Numbered from the stretch's first letter, positions 1 to 10,046 are shown. The stretch: 64,000 nt of DNA from a virus (IMGVR_UViG_3300032304_002285:1-64000); one strand, 5' to 3'. The notes: generated by a model not told the origin, from the sequence alone. Translations and numbers: made by a program.

Positions 1-575
1 GGACAAGTGTAAGAAGCATCCGGAGTATGCGGCGAAGAGGAAGCCCGTTGCTGATTGTCACGATTGCCGGGCTATTTGGAATCAGAAGATGATTAAGGAT
101 TTCACTGATGACATTAATGATTTGATTGCTCCGATCATGACTGTTGAATTGGTTGAGGTAACGGAGAAGGCGTTTTTCTTTTGTGTGATGCTTGACAAGG
201 CAATTGGCCAGTATGCTGTACGGGAGAATGTGGTTATTAAGGATGAGTTTGTTGACATGGTAACGAAGAAGGGGAAGAAGATTTTGGGTGTTGATATTTG
301 TTTCAACAATACCAAAACTCGGTTTTGGTATTACCCGTGAGTGATTCGGGTAAAGTAATAAATGGTTGGGCATGTCCAAAGGAGTTCTTGGACTTCCGGG
401 TTTATGATGAGTATGAAGATTGGATCTTTGTTGATTACCGCTATGTTCCTCTAATTCCCAATCCTAGAATGAGGAAGAGAAGAACAAGAGTTCCTGCTGG
501 TTGTATAGTGATTGTGTTGAAGGAAAGGGAATTGGCATAGGGTAATCCATTAAGTAAAAACTCTTAGATAGGTTA

Positions 576-610
576 TAGTATCCCGTCTTAAAAGAGGAGA
601 CGGGATACTA
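576..610 (+). promoter_or_regulatory. RBS-occluding hairpin upstream of the radical SAM gene
   Basis: TAGTATCCCGTCT (576-588) pairs perfectly with AGACGGGATACTA (598-610), covering part of the RBS and the A of the ATG. Confidence 0.7.
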
Positions 611-1437
611 TGAAAGAGTTTAAGTCTTTTTTGAAGATGGCTGGTGGGAGTGAGGGTAGCCGGTGCAAATATCCCTTGAGATTGGATACTTACGGTTGTG
701 GTTGCAGTCATGACTGCAATTATTGCTACGCTAAGAGTTTATTGGATTTTAGGAAGTTATGGAATCCAGAAGATCCTTCTGTTGCCAACTTCAAGAAGAT
801 TTTTTTAGCGATAAAGAAGATTGATCGGGTTGTAAGGCTTGGTGGAATGACGGATTGTTTTGCTCCTATTGAGAGGAAGCACGGTGTAACGAAGATTACC
901 TTACAGTTTTTGAATTCATTCAAGAAGCCCTATTTGATTGTAACGAAGTCTGATTTAGTTGCTGATGATTCTTACATTGAGGTTTTGGATAAAAAGCTTG
1001 CTCATATTCAGATTTCGGTAACGTCAACGGATGATGAGATATCATTAAAGAATGAGAAGGCTTGTGTTCCTTCTAAGAGGATAGCGGCTATTGAGAAGCT
1101 GAGTGCTCTTGGGTATGATGTTTCGATTCGGGTATCTCCTTATGTGCCTGAGTGGATTGATGTAGGCAGGATTAATGACATCAAGTGTGAAAAGTTGTTA
1201 GTTGAGTTTTTGAGGGTGAATAGTTGGATAAAGAAATGGATGGATTTAGATTTTTCTGAATACACGTTGAAAGAGGGTGGTTATTTGCATTTGCCCTTAG
1301 AGAAGAAGATTGAATTATTGAAGGGGTTTAAAAAATCACAGTTAAGTGTTTGTGAGGACGTGGATTCTCATTACGAGTATTGGAAAGAGAATGTGAATGT
1401 GAATAAAGAGGATTGTTGCAATTTAAGATTGGAATGA
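610..1437 (+). CDS. Radical SAM protein (spore-photoproduct-lyase-like family)
   Basis: CxxxCxxC motif CSHDCNYC after 'YPLRLDTYGCG', then 'RLGGMTDCF', 'LIVTKS', 'ISVTS' and 'SIRVSP' blocks typical of SplB-like radical SAM enzymes; RBS AGAGGAG. Confidence 0.8.
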   Translation: MKEFKSFLKMAGGSEGSRCKYPLRLDTYGCGCSHDCNYCYAKSLLDFRKLWNPEDPSVANFKKIFLAIKKIDRVVRLGGMTDCFAPIERKHGVTKITLQFLNSFKKPYLIVTKSDLVADDSYIEVLDKKLAHIQISVTSTDDEISLKNEKACVPSKRIAAIEKLSALGYDVSIRVSPYVPEWIDVGRINDIKCEKLLVEFLRVNSWIKKWMDLDFSEYTLKEGGYLHLPLEKKIELLKGFKKSQLSVCEDVDSHYEYWKENVNVNKEDCCNLRLE

Positions 1438-1448
1438 ATTAATGAAGG

Positions 1449-2878
1449 GTGGAAATGAATAAGATAATGAATGGGGAATTTAAGGTTTGGGTTCGTGGTC
1501 CATTAATGGATAGTGATCTTATTCTTTCCACCAATGTTGGGTTTTTACTTTTCCCGAATGCAGAGGCTAAGAATTGTCAACGGATTGAGTTTGAGATTAA
1601 GCGTGGGGAGTGCGAAGGAAGGGTTGTTTCATTCTTTCCATTGAACACTGTTTTAGTGATTGAATGGTGAAGCTTTGTGACGTTATGCCTAATATTTCCA
1701 ATGGGGGTGCTGAAATTCTTTCTTATACAGTAATAAAGAGGCATGTATGGGAAAATCCAGAGATGTATGTTTTATTCACATTGGATAATCCTCCTGGTAC
1801 ATATTCAGCCTCGTTGGTTTTCCCTGAAGATACAATTTATATTTTTGAAGTGAGGGAAGAATGAAGAAGTGGGAAGAGCTTATGCCAACAATGAGTATGA
1901 TACCTCATGGAAGGCATATTATTCGTTTATTGGGCAGTAGGAAAGACGGTTACGCATGGCACTTTCGTTATATTGTTGTACGCCGGGATGGATCTAGAGA
2001 AGTAAGAGAAGTAGAGTTCCCACAAGAAACCATTTTGGTGTTTAGAGAAAATGAAATTAAGTGATTATTTTGAATATTTTCCGAAGTGTGATGGAGAAGT
2101 AGGTTTAATTGAATGTGAGTATGATGAAGTATTCCATGTGAATTGTTTAGTGGTTTACTATGAAAGTTCTGATTGTCAGTTTAAAAGAAGATATCACATT
2201 CCATTTCCTCTTGATGTCATTTATTGTTGTAAAGGGATGATTGATGAAGCCAAGTGATATTCGTCCTTTGTGGAATGATATTGATGATCATTCTATAATA
2301 CTTTGCAATGTAGACGAGGATCAAGAATATCCGCAAAGCAGGCTTGAAGTTTGTTTTGAGAATAGGAAGAATATTTTAATTGGTGATCCTCCTAGGAGAT
2401 TTCGGTGTACAAGATTTCCTTTTGGATCATTATATACTTTGGAAGCGAACAATGAGACCAAGTGATATCCATCCTTTTTGGAGACATTTAGATTCATACA
2501 AGATTTTGGATTATGGATTGAATGATGAACAAGACTTTCCCGATACGAGATTATGGTTTTTCATTGGTAGTGAGAATGAGTGGAAGAAATATGGTTTTTA
2601 TCAGGAATATAAATGGGTAGCAATACCTTGTGGTTGTATATTCCCGGTGATGGGGAGGGAGTATGGCTTGGCCAAGGGAGAATCTAAAGAGGCTTGAGTG
2701 TTTAGAGGTTCATGGGGCTATTGTTTATGAATTGAGTATGGTTACACAGGTTATGGTAGATTTTGGTCCTGGAAGTTTTTCTTTATACGAGGGTGGGAGG
2801 ATACGGGGTATAGTTAATTTCCCTTTAGGATCTATACTTGTTTTTAAGGAAGTTGAGGTTGTTTTTTTGGAAAAGTAA
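1449..2878 (+). CDS. Block of 7 coupled mini-genes of the beta-rich 'FP-x-G/N-hydrophobic strand' family
   Basis: ORFs at 1449, 1664, 1861, ~2051, ~2244, ~2450, 2663 (66-82 aa); stop/start overlaps; C-termini FFPLNTVLVIE, FPEDTIYIFE, FPQETILVFRE, FPLDVIY, FPFGSLYTLE, IPCGCIFPV, FPLGSILVFKE. Confidence 0.75.
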
Positions 2879-2906
2879 ATAAAGCGGGTATAATAAGGAT
2901 GTTTGC

Positions 2907-2980
2907 TGGCGGTGTCGTCTAACGGCTTAAGACAGCAGGTTTTGATCCTGCTAATGAAGGTTCGACTCCTTCCACCGTTA
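2907..2980 (+). tRNA. trnQ: tRNA-Gln(TTG)
   Basis: Cloverleaf: (T)GGCGGTG/CACCGTT(A), anticodon arm GCAGG-TT TTG AT-CCTGC, T arm GAAGG-TTCGACT-CCTTC; no encoded CCA. Confidence 0.9.
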
Positions 2981-3049
2981 TTTTTTGTGTTTGGTTTTGG
3001 TAGTTTATCAATCGGGGAAACAATGAAAAGACGAAGGTGTAGGTAGGTT

Positions 3050-3718
3050 ATGGATGCTGTACTCAGACAACACGTGTTGGTTCTAAACAAGAATTGGATA
3101 CCTATTAACATTACCACTGTGTACGAAGCGATTACTTCGGTATTCAGTGATAGGGCCAAATTCGTTGATCCTGAGACGTATCAGACTTTTGACTTTGAAT
3201 CTTGGGTTGAGAATTGGAAGGATGCGGCTGATCATGCCAAGATTTCTTTCAATGGTGTGGTGAATTGTCCCAACTTCAAGATTGTTTCTCCGGAGATTGT
3301 TCTTTGTACTGAGTATAAGGGAGTTGGTCCTTCTATTAACTTCAGAGGGAAGCCTAAATTTTCTAGGAGAAATATTTTTTTAAGAGATCGCAACGTCTGT
3401 CAATTCTGTGGAAAGAAGTTCGAGACTAATCTTTTGAACATAGATCATGTGGTTCCTAAGTCTCGTGGTGGTGAGTCTTCTTGGACAAACATTGTGTTAT
3501 CTTGTTTTGCTTGTAATCACAAGAAGGCTAATCGGACTCCGGAAGAGGCAGGGATGAGGTTACTTAAGAAGCCTGTATGTCCTGAGCCTGAGGAGATTCG
3601 TCGCCCATTGTCTACGAGATTGGTATCTAGGTTCAACTCGAAGTTTCCTAAGTCTTGGGAGACATTTCTTGGGAAGGCGATGAGTGACATGTATTGGAGT
3701 GTGGAATTGAAGGATTAG
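3050..3718 (+). CDS. HNH endonuclease (McrA-like)
   Basis: 'RRNIFLRDRNVCQFCG...IDHVVPKSRGGESSWTNIVLSCFACNHKKANRTPEEAGMRL' is a classic HNH domain. Confidence 0.92.
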   Translation: MDAVLRQHVLVLNKNWIPINITTVYEAITSVFSDRAKFVDPETYQTFDFESWVENWKDAADHAKISFNGVVNCPNFKIVSPEIVLCTEYKGVGPSINFRGKPKFSRRNIFLRDRNVCQFCGKKFETNLLNIDHVVPKSRGGESSWTNIVLSCFACNHKKANRTPEEAGMRLLKKPVCPEPEEIRRPLSTRLVSRFNSKFPKSWETFLGKAMSDMYWSVELKD

Positions 3719-4126
3719 GGGAAGGGTTGAATAAGGGGGAGTAGGAGGGTAAAGCCTTCTACTCCTTATTTTTATTGGGTTTTGGATTTTTAGGTTTTCA
3801 GAGTGATTGATTGAAAGAAACAAGGAGGGAAGTGTCATGAAATCCAAAGATTTGAGACGAATTTTTGAAATGATTGTGGAATCGAAGAAATTTGGTGGGA
3901 AGCAGGTTTTGGTTAGTAATGATTTGCTAACAGATCTTGTTGCCACATTTGCCCTTGATGAGGTGAATAACGGGAATCATGCTCATGATAGTGAAGAGCA
4001 TAAAGAGTTTTCTGAGATTTTGACAAAAGCCAGTCGTTTGGATGTTGAATACCGGAAGATGAATGGAACATGGCTTCACGGTTGATGGGTAATATATAAA
4101 TCACAAAATAGAGGAAGGATTCACAG

Positions 4127-4384
4127 ATGAAGCGTCCGATTTTTTGGCACAGAGAATGTTTGAGTAATTCAAACGAGTTTTCAATTATGGGGATTGCGAA
4201 ATGCAAGGCTCGGATTGAGCAAGAGAAGAAGCAGATTGAGAAATTTGAGAAATGTCTTCTCGAAAATCAGGAATATCTCAAGACCATTGAACTTGCTGAG
4301 TCGAAGGGGTTGGGTGAGTTTGACATTGAGAGGTTCAATAAACCCAAGGGTAAGAAAACCAAGAAGTATGAGGTTGGAGAGTGA
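4127..4384 (+). CDS. Hypothetical coiled-coil protein, paralogue of 4885..5130
   Basis: Both share MK(R/K)xIxWHxxC(L/I)xN...IELAxxKGxxEFDxExF. Confidence 0.6.
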   Translation: MKRPIFWHRECLSNSNEFSIMGIAKCKARIEQEKKQIEKFEKCLLENQEYLKTIELAESKGLGEFDIERFNKPKGKKTKKYEVGE

Positions 4385-4884
4385 GTTGAGGCATGGAAAA
4401 GATTTCATTTCTAGATTTCCCTAAGAACTTTCCTTCAAGTGAGGGGTCTTATATAATTTTGCTTTGGACGGGGCGGGTTACAACGGACAGGTGGGTTTTC
4501 CAAAGATGGTCACTTCATCGTCCTGCTGCTGTTATTGGGTTTGCTGTAATTCCTGAGGTTAAGAAAGAGGATTTTGATCTTAGAGAACGGCTGTTGACAC
4601 TGCATGAGGATGAAGAGAAAGAGGAGTTGGAAAAGATTTTTAAGACAGTTTAGGATTTTGAGGATCTTTGGGTAATACATAGGTGTGACCAAGGAGAGAT
4701 TGATGAAAAGCCTTAAGAAGTTGACAAATGAATACATCAGCGCCTATGGAATGATTCGTCCTGAGGCTGAGAAGAAGGCACAGAAAGACCTGAAAGCCTT
4801 GCAGGATATGGAAAAGATGGTTGAGGATTTCAAGAAGAAATTGTCTGTCAAGAAGTAATAAAAGGCTAGAAAGAAGAGGGTATA

Positions 4885-5130
4885 ATGAAGAAGTCGATTG
4901 AATGGCACGAGGGTTGTATCAAGAACAGCATGGAATCGGCTTTGAGAGCAATTCAAGCATCGAAGAAGCAGATTGCTTTTGAGCAGAAGGCTATTGAGAG
5001 AAACAATCAATACCTTAAGGAGTGTGAGGAGTATTCTTTGCAGGTTGAGCTTGCAAAGAAAAAGGGGAAGACTGAGTTTGATAAGGAGTCTTTCGGCAAA
5101 ACCAAGCCCCGGAAGGCTGACAAGAAGTAA
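4885..5130 (+). CDS. Hypothetical coiled-coil protein, paralogue of 4127..4384
   Basis: Same motif pattern as 4127..4384. Confidence 0.6.
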   Translation: MKKSIEWHEGCIKNSMESALRAIQASKKQIAFEQKAIERNNQYLKECEEYSLQVELAKKKGKTEFDKESFGKTKPRKADKK

Positions 5131-5700
5131 AAAGGAGATTGGTAATGTTGGGTATTTTTTGGAGAGGTAGGAAGAGAACTGACAAGCCCATGTGGCAAAT
5201 ATCGAGTGAATTCCCCAAAAGGCTGTATCATTCTTTTGTAGAGGCTTGTGCTGTAGCATTTGTTTACCCGAGTAAGTTTGAGAGCAAGTATCGTGAAGTC
5301 TTGGATATAATGGAGAAGGATTTGGGTCCTGATTTTCTTCAGCACTTCACGGGTTCAGTTGAGAAGCGGGTTTCGGAGCTTCTTGTAGAAAAGATGCAGG
5401 AACCCCTAGAGAAGCCCGAGGAAGAGGAAGAAGAGGTTAAGGAGGTTGTGAATCTTAAGCGCATTGAGATTCCAGAGGATAAGGCTCAATGGGTTTTGGT
5501 TCTTTGGCGGAAGTGGTTTGAGAAGAGTGACGATTGTTGCCTTGAAGAGAAGTATGAATATCAGAAGGCTTTGTATTCTGTTTGTCCTGGTTTGACGGAA
5601 TGGGGTCCTCAACCACAAATCTACTTGGATGTTATCGGTGGGAAGTTGTTTGTTCTGAATCGAGATTGGTTTTAGTATTTGAAGAGAAGTTCGTTATATT

Positions 5701-5775
5701 GAGTCATTGGCCGATTGGTTTAGGCAGTGGTCTCTAAAACCACCTAGACGGGTTCGATTCCCGTATGACTCACCA
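5701..5775 (+). tRNA. Amber suppressor tRNA (anticodon CTA); charged amino acid unknown
   Basis: GAGTCAT/ATGACTC acceptor, A73, encoded CCA; anticodon arm GTGGT-CT CTA AA-ACCAC (CTA at 5734-5736); T arm ACGGG-TTCGATT-CCCGT. Confidence 0.9.
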
Positions 5776-5802
5776 ATTTTTCTTAGAATGTGGGATTGAA
5801 TT

Positions 5803-6045
5803 ATGAAGTGGCAAAGCAAAAGCAATCCGCCTCCGACTCCTGATGATTCAATGTTATACTGTTTAAGATCTGTTCCTGTTTTGGGTTTTTTCCGTTCAAA
5901 AAAGAAGGCTGTAGTGATTTATCAGAAGGACCCAGAGGAAGGGACGGAGAAATGGTTTACTGATGATTCTGAGGGATGGAATGTCACAGAGGACATTGTT
6001 GCTTGGCAATACCTTCCTGATGATCCTCCTGAGGGGTTTAAATGA
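5803..6045 (+). CDS. DUF551-like small phage protein
   Basis: N-terminal W..P-rich start and C-terminal 'V..DIVAWQYLPDDP' pattern. Confidence 0.45.
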   Translation: MKWQSKSNPPPTPDDSMLYCLRSVPVLGFFRSKKKAVVIYQKDPEEGTEKWFTDDSEGWNVTEDIVAWQYLPDDPPEGFK

Positions 6046-7470
6046 AGAAGTGTCATTGTTGTGCTGCCATTACTGGGGAGAAGGTTTTTGGTACTGAGTT
6101 TGTTTGTGATGATTGTAAAAAAAACAAGCTTTTGGTTAATAAGTATTGGTGGTACAAGCAAGTAACGGGAAGTTGGTTTTGGGGCAGGGTATTCTTTGTC
6201 GCCTATCCAACTTATCTTGTTCTAGCCTTGTGCTATGGGATAATGAAGCCTTATGGGATTTTTTCATGTGTGATTGTTCTTATGATGGCTGCTTATTCCT
6301 GGAAGAGGAATAATTTCCCGATCAAGATAAAGGAAGCCAAGGAAGAGCTTTGGTTAGCGAAGTTGAATGGTGGAAAGTAAAGGACTGCTGGTGTTAGAAG
6401 ATATTTTAGCCAAATTCCCTCCGGGATATCATTTAACGATTGAGGATTTTGACGAGGACACTTACTGTTTAGGGATACAGTCTAGTTTGGATAAAAAGGT
6501 TTCGAGGTATCTATGGTTATTTCCGAAAGGGACTATCATTATAGACTTAGAGACTGAAATGGGGGATTGATGATGGAGAAGGTTCATTTCGATTTTGTTT
6601 TGAATGCAGAAGATGCTCAGAATTTATTTGACTGTATCAACAGGGCGATTCAGAATGCTCAGACTGATAGGATTGAATTGATTTTGGGGAATCAGGGGCA
6701 AGAGACTCAGGAAAGCCTATGGTTCCTTGAGCATTCAAAGTATCTGCTTGGGTTGAAGTCTAAGATCCACAATAAGCCGTATGAAGAAAAAGTTATGAAA
6801 TCGGTTGGCAAGAAAAAGATGATGGGTGTATAGTTAGTTTTAGGTTGGTTGTAGGCAATGAAAGCAATAAGGAAGAAAGAGAACGACTATGATGTAGAAC
6901 CTCTCAAATTATACTATAAGATTTTTAAGCTCAATTGGACATTGCCCAAAGAGGGTATTCCAATTGGGCTTTTTTGTCTTTACTCGTGGTCCTCCGGTTA
7001 TCATTAATGCATTATGTAAATTGGTTTTAGTATTTGAAGAGAGATTAGGAGTAAGTGAAAATGGAAACCGTAATTGAGGCTCAGGTTCAGTACAATCACA
7101 AGTTGTATGAGGCGATTCATTTGATGAAGAAGGAGGTCAAGGAGTTATCTTTGACTCAGCGGACTACCAAGAAAGCCTTTCGTGAGTCTATGGCGGTTTG
7201 GAGTAAGACCCCTCTAGATCAGCATTCCTATACTGATAAGCTTCCTCAATTCAATGATAGTTCTTCTATCTTGACTTCCATGTTCATTATTTATGGAATG
7301 ATCAGGGGTAAGGCTCATTTGAGTAATGAAGCGATGGAGAAGTATTTCCAGCCGAAATCCAACAACTGGATTTACTTCAATCGTCGGAATCAATTCAATC
7401 TTGCCTTAACTGCTTTCCTTAAGGATTATCCAGAGCTTGCATATCTTCTTGATGAGAAGAAGGTGTACTC

Positions 7471-7761
7471 ATGACGAGAGTTTATATTATAGTGGATGAT
7501 AGGCTTACAAAGAGTCAGAGGATTCCTCAAGCTGCTCATGCTGCATCGGAATTGATGTTTGATTTTGGCTAGGAGTCTGCCCATTGGGTCAAGCAAGATC
7601 GAACCTTGATTTGTTTACAGGCTCATGAGAAAGAGATTGAGGGATTGAGGGGTGATTCGAGATTCTATGATGATGATCTTGGATTCACAACGGCAATTGC
7701 CTTTAAGCCGATAGAGGAGGAAGAGGGTAAGAAAAGGTTTGGACATTTGCGGTTAGCTTGA
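7471..7761 (+). CDS. Peptidyl-tRNA hydrolase II (PTH2)-like protein with an in-frame TAG at 7570-7572 (read-through candidate or pseudogene); absent from the ORF track
   Basis: Manual translation: MTRVYIIVDDRLTKSQRIPQAAHAASELMFDFG*ESAHWVKQDRTLICLQAHEKEIEGLRGDSRFYDDDLGFTTAIAFKPIEEEEGKKRFGHLRLA; QAAHAA and TAIAFxP motifs lie on opposite sides of the TAG. Confidence 0.75.
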
Positions 7762-7832
7762 TTAAAGGGGACCCAGAGATTAAAACCTCTAAGTTTTTTT
7801 TAATAAGGAGGGTATTAGATAAAGGAGTTGTT

Positions 7833-8558
7833 ATGGAAAATCAAAAATTAGCTAAAGAGTTGTTAAAGATTGCCAGAGATTTGGTATCTGATTTAGGTAG
7901 TGCTCGTCCAAGGGGTCAATTTAGGGGAAATGGTAGTCAATGGGAGTTTGGGGAAGATTACCAAAGTAAAGCTTCATGGGATTGGACTGCGGACATTGGT
8001 TTGTACGGTAAAAAGGATTTGAGTATTGAGGGAGCAACAGAACAGCATCCAGGGTTTAATAAAGCGATTCGGGAGATTGTGAAGAAATATCCAGAGATAA
8101 TGGAGTATAAGATTTCGTTTGATGGTCCCTTGGTTCCAATTGGAGAAGTTTTAGGATTAAAGACGCCAGAAAGATGGGATGATATTATCTTTTATCATGG
8201 GACTGCGACTGCTGCTCTTGATGCTATTCTCTCAGGTGGATTAAAATCTCGGATGGAGACTGGGGCGGCTGCTGCTCATGGGGCAAACCTTGGCAAACCT
8301 TCCCTTCATTCTGATGCTGTTTATCTGACAACACAAAAGAATACGGCAAATTTTGCAGCGAGGGATGCGGCAAGTAAGACGAAAAGTAAGCCTGTTGTGT
8401 TGGCTATTCGGGGTTTTTCAGGGAATGAGAGAAGTTGGGTTTCCGATGAGGATTCAAGGCAAGATGACCCTTGGGAATCCTTGAGGAAGTTGGGATCTGT
8501 TGCTTATAAGGGAACGATTCCTCCGAAATTTATTAAGGTTGATAGGATTTTAGATTAA
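7833..8558 (+). CDS. Tagged protein: shared N-terminal helix plus ADP-ribosyltransferase-fold (Tpt1/ART-like) domain
   Basis: ATG 7833 after AAGGAG; N-terminus MENQKLAKELLKIARDLVS; C-domain 'FYHGT...AILSGGLK...VYLT...A.NFA..AA...PVVLAI'. Confidence 0.6.
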   Translation: MENQKLAKELLKIARDLVSDLGSARPRGQFRGNGSQWEFGEDYQSKASWDWTADIGLYGKKDLSIEGATEQHPGFNKAIREIVKKYPEIMEYKISFDGPLVPIGEVLGLKTPERWDDIIFYHGTATAALDAILSGGLKSRMETGAAAAHGANLGKPSLHSDAVYLTTQKNTANFAARDAASKTKSKPVVLAIRGFSGNERSWVSDEDSRQDDPWESLRKLGSVAYKGTIPPKFIKVDRILD

Positions 8559-8574
8559 AGCATTAGGAGTCGTT

Positions 8575-8862
8575 ATGAATAATCTTAAATTAGCTGAAGA
8601 GTTGTTAAAGATTGCCAAGGATTTGACTGCCAAGAAGGATTTGTATTGGTTGGCAAAGCAAGTGAAGGTTGGTCATTATCCGTCTGATGATTCTGAGCAA
8701 GGCGATTGGGCAGGAGAAGTTCAATTGCAAGTAATGGAAATCTGGAATCAACTGAATAAGAAAGAGCGGGATGGAATTGAAAAAGAATTGATGGTAGAAG
8801 GAAAACCATTAAAGATTGTATTAAATGGGGTATTGAATGCTGTGATTAATACTCTGACATAA
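8575..8862 (+). CDS. Tagged hypothetical protein
   Basis: N-terminus MNNLKLAEELLKIAKDLTAK; RBS AGGAG. Confidence 0.7.
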   Translation: MNNLKLAEELLKIAKDLTAKKDLYWLAKQVKVGHYPSDDSEQGDWAGEVQLQVMEIWNQLNKKERDGIEKELMVEGKPLKIVLNGVLNAVINTLT

Positions 8863-8886
8863 AGTAGAAAAAATCTTTTTACTAAC

Positions 8887-8920
8887 GGGAGGATCAGGCA
8901 ACTGGTCCTTCTTATTTTTT
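8887..8920 (+). terminator. Rho-independent terminator
   Basis: GGGAGGATCAG-GCAA-CTGGTCCTTCT followed by a T run. Confidence 0.75.
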
Positions 8921-8958
8921 GTGTTATATTGAGGATTCAACCCAAATGGAGGGAAAAT

Positions 8959-9327
8959 ATGAAAGTGATTACTGAGCATCAATGCGGTGGCGGGATGGAT
9001 GAAGGTTTGGTAGTGAGGACGGTTGATGAGCCGGGTCCTGGTGGTGCTCATCATGAATATCATGTTGAGATTACCAATGGATCTGAGACTGAAGTTATAG
9101 GGATTAAATTTCAGAAGGGTCCTGTTAAGGAAGTTGGGTTGAATGGATTGAGTCAAGAGGTTTTACTTGCCATTGTGGTTGACAGGCTTCAGGATTTTCA
9201 GAATGGTCCTTTTGCTTGTGAATCGAATCAGAAGGCATTGGTTGCAGCAAGAGAGTCTTTGGGTTTCTTGAAGTCTCGGACATTAGATAGGATCAAGAGA
9301 CAGGTTGAGGGTAGAAACATAAAGTGA
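8959..9327 (+). CDS. tad1: Tad1/Acb2-family anti-defence nucleotide sponge (Thoeris anti-defence 1-like)
   Basis: 'EPGPGGAHHEY...IKFQKG...G...LL.IV.DRL..FQ.GPF....N..AL...R..DRI.R.V.G.N.K' matches the remembered Tad1 signature along its whole length; ATG 8959 after GGAGG. Confidence 0.85.
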   Translation: MKVITEHQCGGGMDEGLVVRTVDEPGPGGAHHEYHVEITNGSETEVIGIKFQKGPVKEVGLNGLSQEVLLAIVVDRLQDFQNGPFACESNQKALVAARESLGFLKSRTLDRIKRQVEGRNIK

Positions 9328-9347
9328 AAACTTTTTACGGTAGGGTC

Positions 9348-9376
9348 TTGACAGAGGCTAGAAGTTGTGGTAATCT
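9348..9376 (+). promoter_or_regulatory. Sigma70-type promoter for the tRNA cluster
   Basis: TTGACA (9348-9353), 17-nt spacer, extended -10 TG-G-TAATCT. Confidence 0.65.
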
Positions 9377-9481
9377 TAGTGGTTAGTGAGAGTTTGGTTG
9401 TTGAGAGGAAATAGAAAGTTAGCGATGAACAAGTTGTATTCATATTTTAGTTGTTCGAGCTTGTGGTCCCTTAGCGGGGAA

Positions 9482-9600
9482 CACCGGGAGGGCTTTATTG
9501 CTCTTTAAGGAACTTCTAAAATAAAAAATAGAAGTAAGCCCCCGGTAGCCCGAAAAGGTTTCCGGGGGTTTTTGTTTGTAGGTGTTAGATCTTTGAAAAT
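9482..9600 (+). promoter_or_regulatory. tRNA-operon leader: boxA-like sites, terminator and alternative antiterminator
   Basis: TGCTCTTTAA (9499-9508) and GATCTTTGAAAAT (9588-9600) resemble rrn boxA; terminator AGCCCCCGG...CCGGGGGTT plus Ts; its 5' arm can instead pair with ACCGGGAGGGCTT upstream. Confidence 0.55.
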
Positions 9601-9619
9601 TGAATAGATAGAGTTCGTT

Positions 9620-9710
9620 GGAGGGATGGCTGAGCGGCTTAAGGCGCACGTTTTGAAAACGTGAGGCGGCTGATACCCGTCCGAGGGTTCAAATCCCTCT
9701 CCCTCTTCCA
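9620..9710 (+). tRNA. trnS: tRNA-Ser(TGA)
   Basis: CACGT-TT TGA AA-ACGTG, long variable arm, CCA. Confidence 0.92.
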
Positions 9711-9716
9711 TTTTAT

Positions 9717-9802
9717 GCCAGGATGGCGAAATTGGTAGACGCAGCAGACTCAAAATCTGCCGCCCTGGTGGCATGTGGGTTCGACTCCCATTCCTGGTAC
9801 CA
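9717..9802 (+). tRNA. trnL: tRNA-Leu(CAA)
   Basis: GCAGA-CT CAA AA-TCTGC, GCCAGGA/TCCTGGT, CCA. Confidence 0.93.
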
Positions 9803-9820
9803 ATTGCAAAGGAGTATGTT

Positions 9821-10039
9821 ATGTCAAAAGAAAAGAAGGCTAGAAGGGCAATAGAGTTAGAAGGAACCGGAGTTACAATTGAATTGGAAAAAGTTGTCTG
9901 TGTGAGTTTGACGGCTAAGGACAAGTGTTTTATTAGTTTGGAGAAACTTCCTAGTGGAGGGTTTCGGCTGATTTACACTGACAATTTGATCCAAGACATT
10001 TCTAAGTTTACAGGGATGAGGATGATTCGAGAGGAATGA
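9821..10039 (+). CDS. Hypothetical protein inside the tRNA cluster
   Basis: RBS AAGGAG before ATG 9821; 72 aa open frame. Confidence 0.6.
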   Translation: MSKEKKARRAIELEGTGVTIELEKVVCVSLTAKDKCFISLEKLPSGGFRLIYTDNLIQDISKFTGMRMIREE

Positions 10040-10046
10040 GATTTAT

